In this document: positions 1 through 10,266 of the stretch, piece by piece
Layout: each line of letters opens with the position of its first letter
How positions within the stretch are numbered: the first letter of the stretch is position 1
Assembly: GCA_016197205.1 (NCBI GenBank)
Contig: JACPWG010000100.1
Span: 8,250 to 72,249, forward strand
Length of the DNA stretch: 64,000 nt
Reading direction: 5' to 3'
DNA from: Planctomycetota bacterium
GTDB taxonomy: Bacteria; Planctomycetota; MHYJ01; WSZJ01; JACPWG01
The notes under the pieces: model-generated
What the model was told of the DNA's origin: nothing
Database searches by the model: none
The model's input: the letters and a program-made list of their open reading frames with translations, nothing else
Position numbers and translations under genes: made by a program

Positions 1-1011
1 CTTGTGCGCGGACTCGGTCGGCGTGTGGATGACGAACTCGCCGCTCGCGCGCTCGTAGACCGCGGTGGTCTCGAGGTCCCGCACGTTGGAGCCGTGTCCC
101 AGCTCGGTCATCGCGAAGCAGCCGGGCAGCTCGAGGCGGCCGATGCGCGGCAGGTACTCTTCGTGGTGCCGGCGCGTGCCGAGGAAGTGGATGCTGCCGC
201 CCCACAGCCCGAACTGGACGCCGAACTTGATGACCAGGCTCAGGTCGTGCAGGCCGATGGTCTCGAAGGCGGCGAGGAAGCGGCCGAAGTCTCCGCCCCC
301 GCCGAACTCGGGGGCGAAGAACGCGGCGCCCAGGCCCATCTTCGCGAGGAGTTTGCACGCGGTCGACGTCCGTTCACGCTGGGTTTCGAGGTCGAGGCCG
401 TAGGCGTGGGCGAACTCCGGGTCGCGCAGGCGCGCGCGCAGGGCGCGCCGGGTCTCGGCATGCCTCCCGTCGAGGAGCCGCGTCATGGCGGCGACCTCGA
501 ACGCGGAGGCCTCCCAGGGGCGCGGGAGCTCGCGGACCGCCGGTTCCCCGCGAAAAAACCGGCGAGCGGCCTCGTTGCCCGCGATGCCCAAGGCTTCCTC
601 CATGCGGGCAAGCGCGTCCCGCTCCGCGGAGGAGACCGGGGAGTCGTCCGGGCCGTCCTCGCGATGCGCCGAGGCGATCTCGAGCCCGAGATCGGCCAGC
701 GTCCAACGCCGCTCCCGGGGCAGCTCCGCCGCGAGCAGACGCAGCCAGGTGAGCAGGCGATGCAGCCGCAGCGGCGAGGGCGGGCGCGCGGGCTCGAGCC
801 ACGACAGCACCGCGGCCTTCGACTGTTCGCTCAGCCCCGGCTCCGCGGCGATCGCTCGCTGTACGCGGGCGAGTTCCTCGGGGGCGAGGTCGCCGTCCGC
901 CCAGGCGATGTAGACCATCGGCATGAAGGGCAGGACCTGGCGGCGCTCGTCGGCGCTGAGGTAGGCTTCGAGGAGGTCCGGATCGTCCGGGACGAAGTCA
1001 GGCGAGTCCAT
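1..1011 (-). CDS. acyl-CoA oxidase/dehydrogenase family protein, N-terminal part; the gene runs off the window start
   Basis: The reverse-complement frame reads MDSPDFVPDD...MTELGHGSNVRDLETTAVYERASGEFVIHTPTESAHK with nearly 100% GC3. This is an ACOX-type signature. The ATG is rc of 1009-1011. The plus ORF 4..1020 is its in-frame antisense shadow. Confidence 0.75.
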   Translation of the reverse strand, partial: MDSPDFVPDDPDLLEAYLSADERRQVLPFMPMVYIAWADGDLAPEELARVQRAIAAEPGLSEQSKAAVLSWLEPARPPSPLRLHRLLTWLRLLAAELPRERRWTLADLGLEIASAHREDGPDDSPVSSAERDALARMEEALGIAGNEAARRFFRGEPAVRELPRPWEASAFEVAAMTRLLDGRHAETRRALRARLRDPEFAHAYGLDLETQRERTSTACKLLAKMGLGAAFFAPEFGGGGDFGRFLAAFETIGLHDLSLVIKFGVQFGLWGGSIHFLGTRRHHEEYLPRIGRLELPGCFAMTELGHGSNVRDLETTAVYERASGEFVIHTPTESAHK

Positions 1012-1778
1012 GCGCCGTAGCCCCCAATCGTCGAATGCGGTTCCGCTCGCGTTCGTGTTCCTGTCGCCGTCCGCCGGCTTCGCGGGGCAAACGCCGGATA
1101 CCGGCCGATGGGAACGGGGAAGGAGGATGCGCGGCCTTACGCCCCTTGCGCATTCCAGCACTGACCGAGCGCGGAGTGCCGGGCGAACCGGATGATGTCC
1201 GACGTTGCTCGCGGCGCGATGATCGTGTCCGCTGCGGGCCGTAGGCGGCACGTCGGTCGTCGCTCTCCGGCGAAGCTTGATCCGGTCGCCGAAGCCGGCG
1301 GCAGGCAGCGCGGTCATTCTAGCGAGTCGGGCGGCGGCTGGTCAATGCGGAAGAACGCTGGAGGGGCATGCGCGGGTTGATGACCCGCGGGACCAAGGGG
1401 GCGCGCGCCGTAACGTCGCCTCGAAACGAGCGAGTCAAGTGAGTTGTTCCCGGACGCTCCCGCTCCTCCGAACGAACGTAGGAGGGAGCAGACGCAAGAA
1501 GCCACAGCCACCCACACATCGATTCCCTCGACTACGCGTGCAGTTGCAAACCAGAGCCTGCTTCCCAGCAGCCCCGCATGCCCCAAAATGCGCCACCGCG
1601 CCTAGGCTCGCGTTGCGCAGTCACTTCCCAACCCCAGGCGAAAGGCCCGGTAGGTCAAGGGATCACAGGCATCGTCAGCCGAGCTCCCCGCCTCGGTCCT
1701 CGTGGGCCGGAAATTGCGGCGAGGAAAAACCGTCGTCGCCCCCCGTCGGCAACCTGTTTTCGCGTGGGTGCTGTGGAA

Positions 1779-2474
1779 ATGAGCGTGTCAGGATCAGCGG
1801 CCCCGAACCTGCTGCGACCGGCACTCCACCACCCGGCGCCGAGCTACGCCTGGGTTTGGCGGATTCCGTCGGCGGTCGCGGCAATCGCCGCGTCCTCGCT
1901 CTACGCCGAGGCACTCCGGTGCCACTCGGACAAGCTGGCCGGGCCCTGCGCGGTCGTGGCGCTTGGTGTCGTGGCTCTGGCGACCCTGCTTGAACGGGAT
2001 CGCGCGCCGACGCGGCGAAACACCCTGGCCGTCCTTGTCGCTCTGGGGTTTGGGCTGGGCATCCTCTACGCCATCGTCGGCGTTGCGCCGGGGCTGGACG
2101 CTCCGCCGAGACGAGGCTGCGGCCCTCGGTCCCCCATGGAATCGCCCACGTTCCGCTTCTTCTGCGTGCCGATGTTCGGCCTGCTGGTCCTCGTTGGGAT
2201 GGCGCGCTCGATTCCGGAATTTCTCTGGCCGAGTATGGCTCTTTGTCAGGCCAACCTGCTCTGCTGCTACGCTGAAAGAACGATATTCAAGGACGCGCTC
2301 GGCGATGTCCTCTATTTCACTCTGGTCGCGGCCTGGGCCGCGCAGCTCTGGAGGGCCTCCGCCAGACGCCGTTCCTCACCGCCCCACTCCCTCCTGCGCC
2401 GCTTGCACACGGGACGGAGCGGGACAGCGGCGAGCAGCCGGGCCAAGAGCGGTCCTCACCACTGTTTCAACTGA
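1779..2474 (+). CDS. hypothetical multi-pass membrane protein
   Basis: ATG at 1779. Several hydrophobic segments and moderately high GC3. No recognisable family. Confidence 0.4.
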   Translation: MSVSGSAAPNLLRPALHHPAPSYAWVWRIPSAVAAIAASSLYAEALRCHSDKLAGPCAVVALGVVALATLLERDRAPTRRNTLAVLVALGFGLGILYAIVGVAPGLDAPPRRGCGPRSPMESPTFRFFCVPMFGLLVLVGMARSIPEFLWPSMALCQANLLCCYAERTIFKDALGDVLYFTLVAAWAAQLWRASARRRSSPPHSLLRRLHTGRSGTAASSRAKSGPHHCFN

Positions 2475-3177
2475 TCAGCAGCAGCCGCGGCGGCTGGCCG
2501 GGAAGGGTTGCGGGCGCGCGGTGGATGAAGGGGGGCACGGGATTGCCGGGATACGCCACGGCGATGCGCCAGAGGTTGCCGACGCCGAAGGAGAAGGGCC
2601 GGGCCTGCGGGACGGGGAGGTAATGGAGGTCGTAGCAGTTCCCGCTTAGGTATTCGAGGAAGTCGTTGTTGTCCTCTCCTCCGAAGCGCCTCAGGAGTTC
2701 GGCGCGGGTCTCGGGGATGTCGACGTGCCGTCGCGCCTCGTCGTTGCGCAAGCCCTCGCTCGCGGGCCCGCTGTACGTGCAGAGCCAGGTATCCGTCGCA
2801 TCGGTGGCGCTGTCCACATGGAAGGAGTAGACGTCCGTGGGCACGGGTCCTGGAGCCTGGTCGCGGGCGTAGCCACGGACGCAGTCGAGCTCGGGGAAAA
2901 GTCCCTGCTCCCGGAGAAGCCGCTGGTCCGCGAGGAGTATGTCGATGGCGACCCTGCCCGCTGCGCTCACGGGGAGTGTCTCGAGTCGTGCGTCCTCCAG
3001 GGTGGTTGTCCCCTCGCCGACGGCGAGCTGTTCCACGACTTCGCTGAAATTGCCCGGCAGCTCGCGGTCCCAACAAAGGGCGTTGACGCCGCCGGTGAGA
3101 GGGGTCGTGAGCAGCTCGTGGAAGCTCCTCACCCTCTGGATGCGGGCGTAATCGGGAGGCAGGAGGAAGGGAGGCAT
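2467..3177 (-). CDS. conserved hypothetical protein (possibly DUF1826-like)
   Basis: Starts MPPFLLPPDYARIQ at rc 3175-3177. GC3 falls sharply upstream of this ATG. The C-terminus reads GNLWRIAVAYPGNPVPPFIHRAP. Confidence 0.55.
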   Translation of the reverse strand: MPPFLLPPDYARIQRVRSFHELLTTPLTGGVNALCWDRELPGNFSEVVEQLAVGEGTTTLEDARLETLPVSAAGRVAIDILLADQRLLREQGLFPELDCVRGYARDQAPGPVPTDVYSFHVDSATDATDTWLCTYSGPASEGLRNDEARRHVDIPETRAELLRRFGGEDNNDFLEYLSGNCYDLHYLPVPQARPFSFGVGNLWRIAVAYPGNPVPPFIHRAPATLPGQPPRLLLIS

Positions 3178-3538
3178 GCGGGCCGCAAGAAGAGTAAGAA
3201 GAAAAGAGTGGCAGGCGGCTACACTTGTTCCGCACCTCCCAGCTCCGCTTGGGCAAGCACCGCGGGGGGATGGGAAGCGATTCGATCCCGCGGGCTCGCC
3301 CTTGGTCAACGGGAAACGTGCGGATTGGGGACCGGGTCGCCAACGGTCACCTCCGTCGTTCGGTTCCGCCGCCGCGGTCCGACGATCCGCAATATCAAGC
3401 GCACGCTCTTCGGTTGCGCATGCCCCGCTTCTGCTGCGTCGCGCGCGCACCGTGCGGAGGGGGGCGCCTGGTCCGGGCCGGGAGCTGGTTCCTCGATCGG
3501 CGCCCGACCACAACGACGGAGCCGGTCCCGCCGTCCCC

Positions 3539-4183
3539 TCAAGTGGACTCGGGCGGAGGCCCGTTCGGAAGATCGCACGGAGACTCGGGAGACGAATCCG
3601 GAGACGGTGCCTCGGACGGCGAGGCGTGCTTTTCCATGGGCGGACGCGGTCTCGGAAGAATCGTCGCCCTCACACCGGGCATGCCCCAATCGTCAGCGTC
3701 GTCGTCGCCGGGTCGCCATTCCCCCGGCTTGCCCTCCTCGCGCGGTGTCGGGCGCAGGTCCCGAAGGTGGTCGAGTGCCCGCTGCAGGTCTGTCGAGAGG
3801 TGCCGAACCCTGAGCAGGGACTTCACCCGAGTCAGCACTTCGAAAATGTTGATCGGTTTGTTCAGGAAATCGTCCGCGCCGTCCTGGATCCCCCGCTCCT
3901 TGTCTTCATCCGAATCCAGCGCCGTGATAAGCAACACCGGGATGTCCTTGGTCCGCTCGTCTTCCTTCAACTTGCGGCACACGTCAAAGCCGCTCAGCCC
4001 GCCCGGAAGCGCCACTTCCAAGAGGATGATGTCCGCCCCCTGGCAAAACGCAACCTCCAGGGCCTCCGCCCCGGTCGCGGCCATGTGCACTTCGTACCCG
4101 CCTCCCGTCAGACACTCCTTCAGCAACTCGGCATCCGCCGAGTAATCCTCAGCCACCAAGATCCGGATCGCACGCTGCGCCAT
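3539..4183 (-). CDS. response regulator receiver (CheY-like REC) with a Pro-rich C-terminal tail
   Basis: MAQRAIRILVAEDY...ADIILLEVALPGGLSGFDVCRKLK...IPVLLITA is a canonical REC. A GAAGAGG RBS precedes the ATG at 4183. Confidence 0.85.
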   Translation of the reverse strand: MAQRAIRILVAEDYSADAELLKECLTGGGYEVHMAATGAEALEVAFCQGADIILLEVALPGGLSGFDVCRKLKEDERTKDIPVLLITALDSDEDKERGIQDGADDFLNKPINIFEVLTRVKSLLRVRHLSTDLQRALDHLRDLRPTPREEGKPGEWRPGDDDADDWGMPGVRATILPRPRPPMEKHASPSEAPSPDSSPESPCDLPNGPPPEST

Positions 4184-4339
4184 GGTCGGCCTCTTCAAAC
4201 CTCCGCCTACCCGCGCGGCGCTCCAGCGGACGAGTCCGCCCTGCACCCGCTCGCGCACGGACTGTCAGAACCACCTCCTCGCCTTCTCCCGGTGCCACTC
4301 CCGCACCCAACGGGCTCAGTAATGTTCAAGCGGGTCGCC

Positions 4340-4374
4340 CCGTCGGTGCAGGGCGGAAGCCCTGCACCACAAGG
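4340..4374. repeat. REP-like hairpin element CCGTCGG-TGCAGGGC-GGAA-GCCCTGCA-CCACAAGG (copy 1)
   Basis: Perfect 8-bp stem with a 4-nt loop. The same 34-bp unit recurs at 24903, 46385 and 46554, with a variant at 24660. Confidence 0.8.
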
Positions 4375-4676
4375 GCTCGCAGCCACCCGAAAAAGCAGTG
4401 GGAAGCTCGCTCATTCCCTCACCGGCATCTGCTGCTCCCTCTCCCAAGAGCCGATCCGTTCTCTGCACCCTGAAAGGGCTGGCCGGGCAGGCCATGCGCG
4501 CGGGCAGGGACGCTCGCGCCCCCAGGGGTCGTGAGGACAGCGCACGCGCGGTGTTTTTTTTGCGTAGGCCCCAACCGGGGACCCCGCACGCGGGACTCGA
4601 CTCGAAACCAGAGGTCCTGCCCTGCACATGGTCGCCTATCGCCGTCATGGCGTCCCCGCGAGTCAACAGGACCTGC

Positions 4677-5297
4677 TCACGCCGGCCGCCTCCAGGCGGC
4701 AAGACGCGTGGCGGCGTACGCGGCGACGCCGAGATCGACCAGGGCGCAAACGACCGCGTACCAGTCGGGCACGAGGCCGGTGTTTCCGTAGTGCCAGGAA
4801 TCCCAGAGCACGCCGTGCGCGGCGATGCCGGCCGGTAGCAGCACAGCGTAACGAAAAAAGCCGAGAACGGCGAGACTGCCGTAGCCGACCAGTCCCAAGA
4901 CCTCCGGCCAGATCCAACCGCCGCCGCCGACCTGCCGGCATCGGCCGAGGTAGACGAGCGGCATGAGGGTCAGGAACACCGCGAGGAGCGCACGCTCCGC
5001 GCGCAGCCCGGCGGCGCCGGCATGCCGAAGCGCCGGCAATGCGACCAGGAAGGGGACCGACAGCACCACCGCCAAATAGCAGAGGTCGTCCATGTGCCGA
5101 AAGGGCAGGTCCGGCAACAGCAACACCGCCGCCCCGCAGGAAACGAGGAGCGCGACGGTGCCGAGCCGATCGGCGGCCGGACCCGGCGCCGACGGGGCGG
5201 GAGGCGACCGGCGATTCGGTCGGTCGCCGGCGTCGTGCCCCGGAGCGGAGTCGGGGCCGTCTTGCGTTGCGACGCGCATCAAGTTTTCCGTATCCAT
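4677..5297 (-). CDS. hypothetical membrane protein
   Basis: ATG at rc 5295-5297 (MDTENLMRVATQ). Four to five TM helices. No family recognised. Confidence 0.5.
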   Translation of the reverse strand: MDTENLMRVATQDGPDSAPGHDAGDRPNRRSPPAPSAPGPAADRLGTVALLVSCGAAVLLLPDLPFRHMDDLCYLAVVLSVPFLVALPALRHAGAAGLRAERALLAVFLTLMPLVYLGRCRQVGGGGWIWPEVLGLVGYGSLAVLGFFRYAVLLPAGIAAHGVLWDSWHYGNTGLVPDWYAVVCALVDLGVAAYAATRLAAWRRPA

Positions 5298-5584
5298 TGG
5301 GCACCCACGCGACGGCGGCCGTTTCGATGCCTCCGACGTCCTGCCTTCCGCGCCAGGGCGACATCCAAAGCACGCATCGACAACGCACGGTCGCCCCCGT
5401 TCAGGTGGCGCCCGCGCTCCGCCCGCGGCTCCCTTCATCCTTCATGGTCTCTTCGCCAATTCGCGAATGCGCCCCCTGGTTCGCGGCGCTCACTTCTCCC
5501 CCCCATCCGCCCATCCACCCGCCCGCCCGCGGGCGTCACGTGCGCCCGGGGCGGCGCGGGGGGAGGGCAGGCGGGCAAGGCCGG

Positions 5585-6145
5585 CTACTTCGCCGCTTCG
5601 CTCTTCTTGATCAGGCCGCACGCGATCCGCGCGCCGGCGTTCCCCGTCGGATCGGTCGTCTCGTCGTCCACCTTTTCGTGGATCATGAGGCAGGTGCCGT
5701 TCCCCTCCAGCAGGGAATTCTTCCCCGCGCCGAGGATCACCAGCGGGGCCTGCACCTCCGCCGCGCACTTGCCGTCGTCGCCCACCGTGATGTTGCCCAG
5801 GTCGCCCGCATGCGGGCCGTCCGGGTTCTTGGCGCCGTGCTTCTTCCCGAACGGGTTGAAGTGCCCGCCCGAGGACTTGAAATCGGGCGCCTCGCACTTG
5901 CCCGCTTCGTGGATGTGGAAGGCGTGCACGCCGGCGGGAAGGCCGGAGAGGTCGACCTTGATCGAGACGCCCTTCTCTCCTTGAGTGAACGTCGCCGTCC
6001 CGACCTTCTGGCCCTTGCCGTCCACCAACTCCGCCGTGGCGGTCAGGGGCTTGGGCGCGTCCTCGGCCACGGTCCGCTGCGAGAGGCCGGCCAGGCAGCC
6101 AACCGCGAGTGCGGACACGATCACGAGCATCCAACCGTACTTCAT
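5585..6145 (-). CDS. sodC: Cu/Zn superoxide dismutase with signal peptide
   Basis: HAFHIHEAGKC...GGHFNP...HAGDLGNI...ACGLI motifs are present. A strong RBS AAAGGAG lies 6 nt upstream of the ATG. Confidence 0.92.
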   Translation of the reverse strand: MKYGWMLVIVSALAVGCLAGLSQRTVAEDAPKPLTATAELVDGKGQKVGTATFTQGEKGVSIKVDLSGLPAGVHAFHIHEAGKCEAPDFKSSGGHFNPFGKKHGAKNPDGPHAGDLGNITVGDDGKCAAEVQAPLVILGAGKNSLLEGNGTCLMIHEKVDDETTDPTGNAGARIACGLIKKSEAAK

Positions 6146-6566
6146 CGTCGCTCCTTTCGAGCCGAAACCACAAAACCCGGAGCCTGGGCCTCATCGGCCC
6201 GGGTCGGCCCGGGTGGGACTCTATCGTGAGCTCTCCTCCCATCGGGGGAGCATCTTTGCCCACGCAGGAACCGCGAAGAGACGCGCGAACCGAAGAGAGG
6301 GGAGGGCGAGCCATACGAGGATGGGGCGGGCGCCGAAGAGAGGGAGGTGCAGGCAGCGCAGCGTGGTCCCCCTTCGCGCGCCGGAGTCCCAGCTCCGCCG
6401 GCCTCAAACCCGATGGCCAAGGATGCGATTCTACAAGTGAGCGCGGTGTCGGGTCAACGGAGATCGCGCGCGACCTCGAAGCGGCGCGAAGGGGGCGCAA
6501 GTGCCTCACCGAACCCCGGAACGGCGCGGGCGCGGCGAGGGGGGGGGGAGGCTCCCGTCGATCCCG

Positions 6567-6995
6567 TCAATTCAGCTTGATGCCCTGCGGGTTTTGCGCG
6601 GCCACGAACTCGACGAGACTTCGAAAATCGCAGACTCTCTCCCAGTTCTGCTCCGGGAGCCGTAGCCCGAAGCAATCCTCGATTTCCATCATGACTTCGA
6701 CAGTCTCGAGGGAATCCAGTGCGCTGCCCCCCAGCTCCGAAAGGAGATCGTCCTCCGGGCGCACCCGCGAGATGTCCAAGCCCAGTTGCTTGCCCAGGAT
6801 CACAAGTAGCCGCAAGGCAATAGCGGCTCGGACCTCATCCTCGGGAAAATACCGGCGGGCGAACTCTTGCGGCGTCAGGGGTTCCCTGCCGCGGAGCTCT
6901 TTCAGGGCGCGCCGGCGGGCTACCAAGTCCGGGAGCTGCTCGCGGGCGAAGATGATGCAGAGGACAGCAATGCCCACCCAACCGGCCCAGTGCAT
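6567..6995 (-). CDS. membrane-anchored acyl-carrier-protein-like protein
   Basis: N-terminal TM helix MHWAGWVGIAVLCIIF, then a C-terminal ACP fold with the phosphopantetheine-site motif LGGSALDSLETVEVMMEIEDCFG. An alternative start is at 7019. Confidence 0.6.
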   Translation of the reverse strand: MHWAGWVGIAVLCIIFAREQLPDLVARRRALKELRGREPLTPQEFARRYFPEDEVRAAIALRLLVILGKQLGLDISRVRPEDDLLSELGGSALDSLETVEVMMEIEDCFGLRLPEQNWERVCDFRSLVEFVAAQNPQGIKLN

Positions 6996-7347
6996 CGTCG
7001 TTCCGCCTTCTTCGAACACACGTCAGGGGTCAGGGTCGCGGCCCGTGGCCCTCGGCACCGTTCATCCTGCACAACGCCGCAGAGGTCCCGCGCAGAAATA
7101 ACTTCACATGCCGTGGAGTGGTTCAGCACACCGGCGGATGAAGAGCGTCGTGCCAACCCTCGCCGTGGCGGCCACTTGCGCGGGCGGGGACGCCCGCGCC
7201 CCCAGGAGCCGTGAGGACGAAGCATGCGCAGTTATTCTTGCGCGGGCCCAGAGCGGCGACCTGAGGCGGCGGTTGGCGCCGCAGCCCACGCCCCTGGTCA
7301 GCAGCCCTCCCTGCCCCGCCAGCGTCGTGGAGCTTCGGGACCTTGTA

Positions 7348-7875
7348 TCAACTCTTGACGATTCGGAGCGGCGGACGGTCGGCGGTCTCGCACGCATTCG
7401 CATCGGTCGCAGGAGGTTTCGCGCGAGCCACCAGCCGGAGAACTCCCCAGGCAAAGCTCCCGCTCAAGAGGGCAACCACACCCGTGGAGACAAGGTTGAA
7501 TTCGCGATAGAGTGGCCGGAAAGAGAGGCTCAGGGACACAGGCGTGATCGCCGGGAAGGCAGCGTTGATGGCGAGGAAGCTGAACCACGCCATTCCAACG
7601 AACACGCCCCAGAGCACCGAGGCCACGAACAGTGGGCCTCCAAGCCCGGAAGCTGCGATTCGCCTCTCGAAGAGCACGTCTCGCGTCCACAACCAGCCCG
7701 CGCCGCCAACCGCACTCCAGCCAATCCACCAACTGGGGATCCACTCCCAGGGGATCACGCCCTCATTCACCGGAAGCACCACAACCGCAAGACCCGCCAC
7801 GAGCCGCAGTGCGAACAGGGTGCAGCCCGCGAGCACGGCGAGGAGGAGCCCCTTCGCCAACGGCGTGGCCGTCAT
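7348..7875 (-). CDS. hypothetical membrane protein
   Basis: ATG at rc 7873-7875 (MTATPLAKGLLLAVLAGC). Trp-rich TM segments. Confidence 0.45.
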   Translation of the reverse strand: MTATPLAKGLLLAVLAGCTLFALRLVAGLAVVVLPVNEGVIPWEWIPSWWIGWSAVGGAGWLWTRDVLFERRIAASGLGGPLFVASVLWGVFVGMAWFSFLAINAAFPAITPVSLSLSFRPLYREFNLVSTGVVALLSGSFAWGVLRLVARAKPPATDANACETADRPPLRIVKS

Positions 7876-7972
7876 GGACGATCCCTCGACAGGAAGACCG
7901 CACACACGCGGAGATCAGCGCGAGGAAAGGGTCGGTTTCCTGCTTCGCTGCCCCGCTCTGCATCCTCCTAGT

Positions 7973-8097
7973 GCCCCGTTGACGAGGTCCAGTCACGATG
8001 CCTGGGGGCGCGGGCCTCCGGCCCGCCCGAACGGCCGCATGGGTTACGACCCGCCGTGGCAGAGTTGACGACCGTGTCCGAAGTTCGTCAACGGGCC
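7973..8097 (+). mobile_element. MITE-like element with 16-bp terminal inverted repeats GGCCCGTTGACGAAGT (copy 1, slightly diverged TIR)
   Basis: About 95% identical to 31645-31769. Both ends are rc-complementary. Creates the spurious ORF MPGGAGLRPARTAAW. Confidence 0.75.
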
Positions 8098-8170
8098 CCT
8101 CGTGTGCACAGGCGCGACCATCGACCCGTGCATTCTATCGAGGAGGACCCGGCCGGCACAACAGCAAGTC

Positions 8171-8651
8171 CTACTTCAGCCCTCCCTCCTCTCCGTCCTC
8201 GCGCGCGCATGGAGCGGAGGGTGGGGGGCGATGCTCGCTCGCGGGCGGGGCACCCGCTCGCGACGCCGAGCGCTCGCACAACCACGTCAGCAGGCCGACA
8301 GCTAGCGCCACAGGCACGACAGCTCCCCACAGGGACCGGGGGCTCACGTAGGACGCATCGCTCCCGTCGGTGAAGTTCAGAAACACGAGCTCGTCGAGGA
8401 TCATGGCGCTGCCGATGCCGAGGAGCACCAGGGCACGTCGGCGCCAGCGGACGACATACGGCGCGAAGGCGAGCAGAGAGGCCGCCGGAAGGAGGAGGAG
8501 CGCGCCGAAGTAGAGATGATGGATGATCCGCCCCGCAAGCCATACGTGCTGCACGCGCACCAAATGGAGGTAGAGCCGCTGGCCGGCGAACGTGGCCAGC
8601 AGTGGCGCGAGGATGAGGAGCAGCGTTTCCCTGGGCGATTCCCTCGGTGGC
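8171..8651 (-). CDS. hypothetical small membrane protein
   Basis: ATG at rc 8649-8651 (MPPRESPRETLLLILAPLL...). High GC3. Lies immediately downstream of the cyclase gene. Confidence 0.5.
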
Positions 8652-8880
8652 ATGAAGCACCAAATCGCGGATCCGGTCCGTGTGGGCCCTTCGAAGTGTT
8701 TGCCATTCCGCCCAGAAAAGGCGGCGCTGGAATCCTCCTCCTTCGAGAAGTTCGCAGCAACCGAACCCCGATGCGACGAGTGACGGTCGCGCTCGCAAGA
8801 GAGCGAGGTGCCATTCGCCTTCGCGCCCTCCATTCGTCGCGGCCCCGCGGCGGACAAGAAGCACGGCTCGTCCGCGAATG

Positions 8881-10266
8881 CTACTCCTCGCCCGCTCCGG
8901 TTCCGGTCGCGGGGCCCGCACCGCAGGTCGATGCCAGGCTCGCGCTCCCGTTCGCGCCCCCGCTCCCACTCACGCCGCCCGATTCCGTCGCCGCGGCCGG
9001 CGCCGGCCCTTCCAAAAACCAGGTCGGCAGCTCGCCTTTCCCTTTGACGACCACGAGCCCGCGCGCCTCGAGCGCGAACTGGCCGTCGAGGGCCGCGCGC
9101 ACCTCCGCCGTCACCTGGATGCGGCCCGGCAGCCCGTGCGACTCCATGCGGCTCGCCGTGTTGACCGTGTCCCCCCACAGGTCGTAGGCGAATTTTCGCA
9201 CGCCGATCACGCCCGCGACCGCCGGCCCGGTGTGCAGGCCGATCCGCAGGTCCACCTGCCGGCCGGTTTCCTCGACGTAGGCCCGGAGGGCGAGACGCAT
9301 GTCCAGCGCCATGCGGGCGACCGCCTGGACGTGATCGTGGCGCGGCACGGGCAGGCCCCCGACGACCATGTAGGCGTCGCCGATCGTTTTTATTTTTTCG
9401 AGGCCGTGCAGATCGGCGAGCCGATCGAACCTGGAGAAGACGTCGTTCAGCATCCGGACCAGCTCCGTGGAGGATTCGCGCGAGGCCAGCGCGGTGAATC
9501 CTACGATGTCGGCGAAAAGGACGGTGACCGCCGGGAAGCTGTCGGCGATGGTGCCGGGCTCGTCCTGGAGCCGGGCCGCAATCGGAGCCGGCAGGACGTT
9601 CAGGAGCAGCCGCTCCGCTTGCGCACGCGCCCGCTCGGTCGCGGCCTCGGCGCGGTCCGTGGCCGCGGAAAAGTAAACGACCATCACCAGCAGGGAGAAG
9701 AGCGTGCCGAGCGTGTTGATGAGCGCGAACGCCTGCAGCGTCCCTGTCGGGACAACGGTCGCAGGCTCCATGTGCAGCCCCGCCCAGGCGACCGCCGCCG
9801 CGACCCCGAAGGCCAGCCCGACGCAGACGACCCGTTCCAGCCATTCGCGGGCGGTGAAGACCAGGAACGGCGCGGCCACGAGGGAAAAATAGTACCCCAT
9901 GTAGCCCGCGGGCGGTCCGAAGAGGAGGGTCAGGCAGACCGCGTGCAGGGCGACTTCGGCGTACACGAGAAACATCGCCGTGCGGCCGTACCCGCGGTGG
10001 ACGCCGGCCAGGATCAGGGCGAAGACGAGGACCGAGCCGCACGAGAGCAACGCGCCCGTGCGCATGCCCAGGGCGAAGAAGATCGAGAGCTGGATGACAT
10101 GCAGCAGGCCGCCGAGCACGGCGGCGGTCGCGCGGAGGGTGAAGAGCCGGGCCTCGTGCGGCGGCAGGCCCGCGGGCGCCCGCAGGAAGGGCAGGTCGAG
10201 CAGGCGTGTCAACACAAGCGGCGCGCTCCGTCGAGCCAGGCCCTCACCGGGTGCACGGCCGCCCAT
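8881..10266 (-). CDS. membrane-anchored class III adenylate/guanylate cyclase
   Basis: Polytopic N-terminal domain followed by a CYCc domain (FADIVGFTALAS...KIKTIGDAYMVVGGLP...GDTVNTASRMES). The ATG is at 10266. An alternative TTG lies at 10302. Confidence 0.85.
   Translation of the reverse strand: MGGRAPGEGLARRSAPLVLTRLLDLPFLRAPAGLPPHEARLFTLRATAAVLGGLLHVIQLSIFFALGMRTGALLSCGSVLVFALILAGVHRGYGRTAMFLVYAEVALHAVCLTLLFGPPAGYMGYYFSLVAAPFLVFTAREWLERVVCVGLAFGVAAAVAWAGLHMEPATVVPTGTLQAFALINTLGTLFSLLVMVVYFSAATDRAEAATERARAQAERLLLNVLPAPIAARLQDEPGTIADSFPAVTVLFADIVGFTALASRESSTELVRMLNDVFSRFDRLADLHGLEKIKTIGDAYMVVGGLPVPRHDHVQAVARMALDMRLALRAYVEETGRQVDLRIGLHTGPAVAGVIGVRKFAYDLWGDTVNTASRMESHGLPGRIQVTAEVRAALDGQFALEARGLVVVKGKGELPTWFLEGPAPAAATESGGVSGSGGANGSASLASTCGAGPATGTGAGEE

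Noticed and set aside
4-1020. 338-aa plus-strand ORF
   Set aside because: In-frame antisense shadow of the minus-strand acyl-CoA oxidase gene. Its GC3 is mixed, whereas the reverse frame has about 100% GC3 and clear ACOX motifs.
5490-6509. 339-aa minus ORF and other long ORFs overlapping sodC
   Set aside because: Arg/Gly/Pro-rich translation typical of out-of-frame reading of GC-rich DNA. sodC is unambiguous.
7998-8351. ORFs beginning MPGGAGLRPARTAAW (also 31670..31858 and 48611..48844)
   Set aside because: Encoded by the MITE copies. The same peptide arises from a repeated noncoding element.
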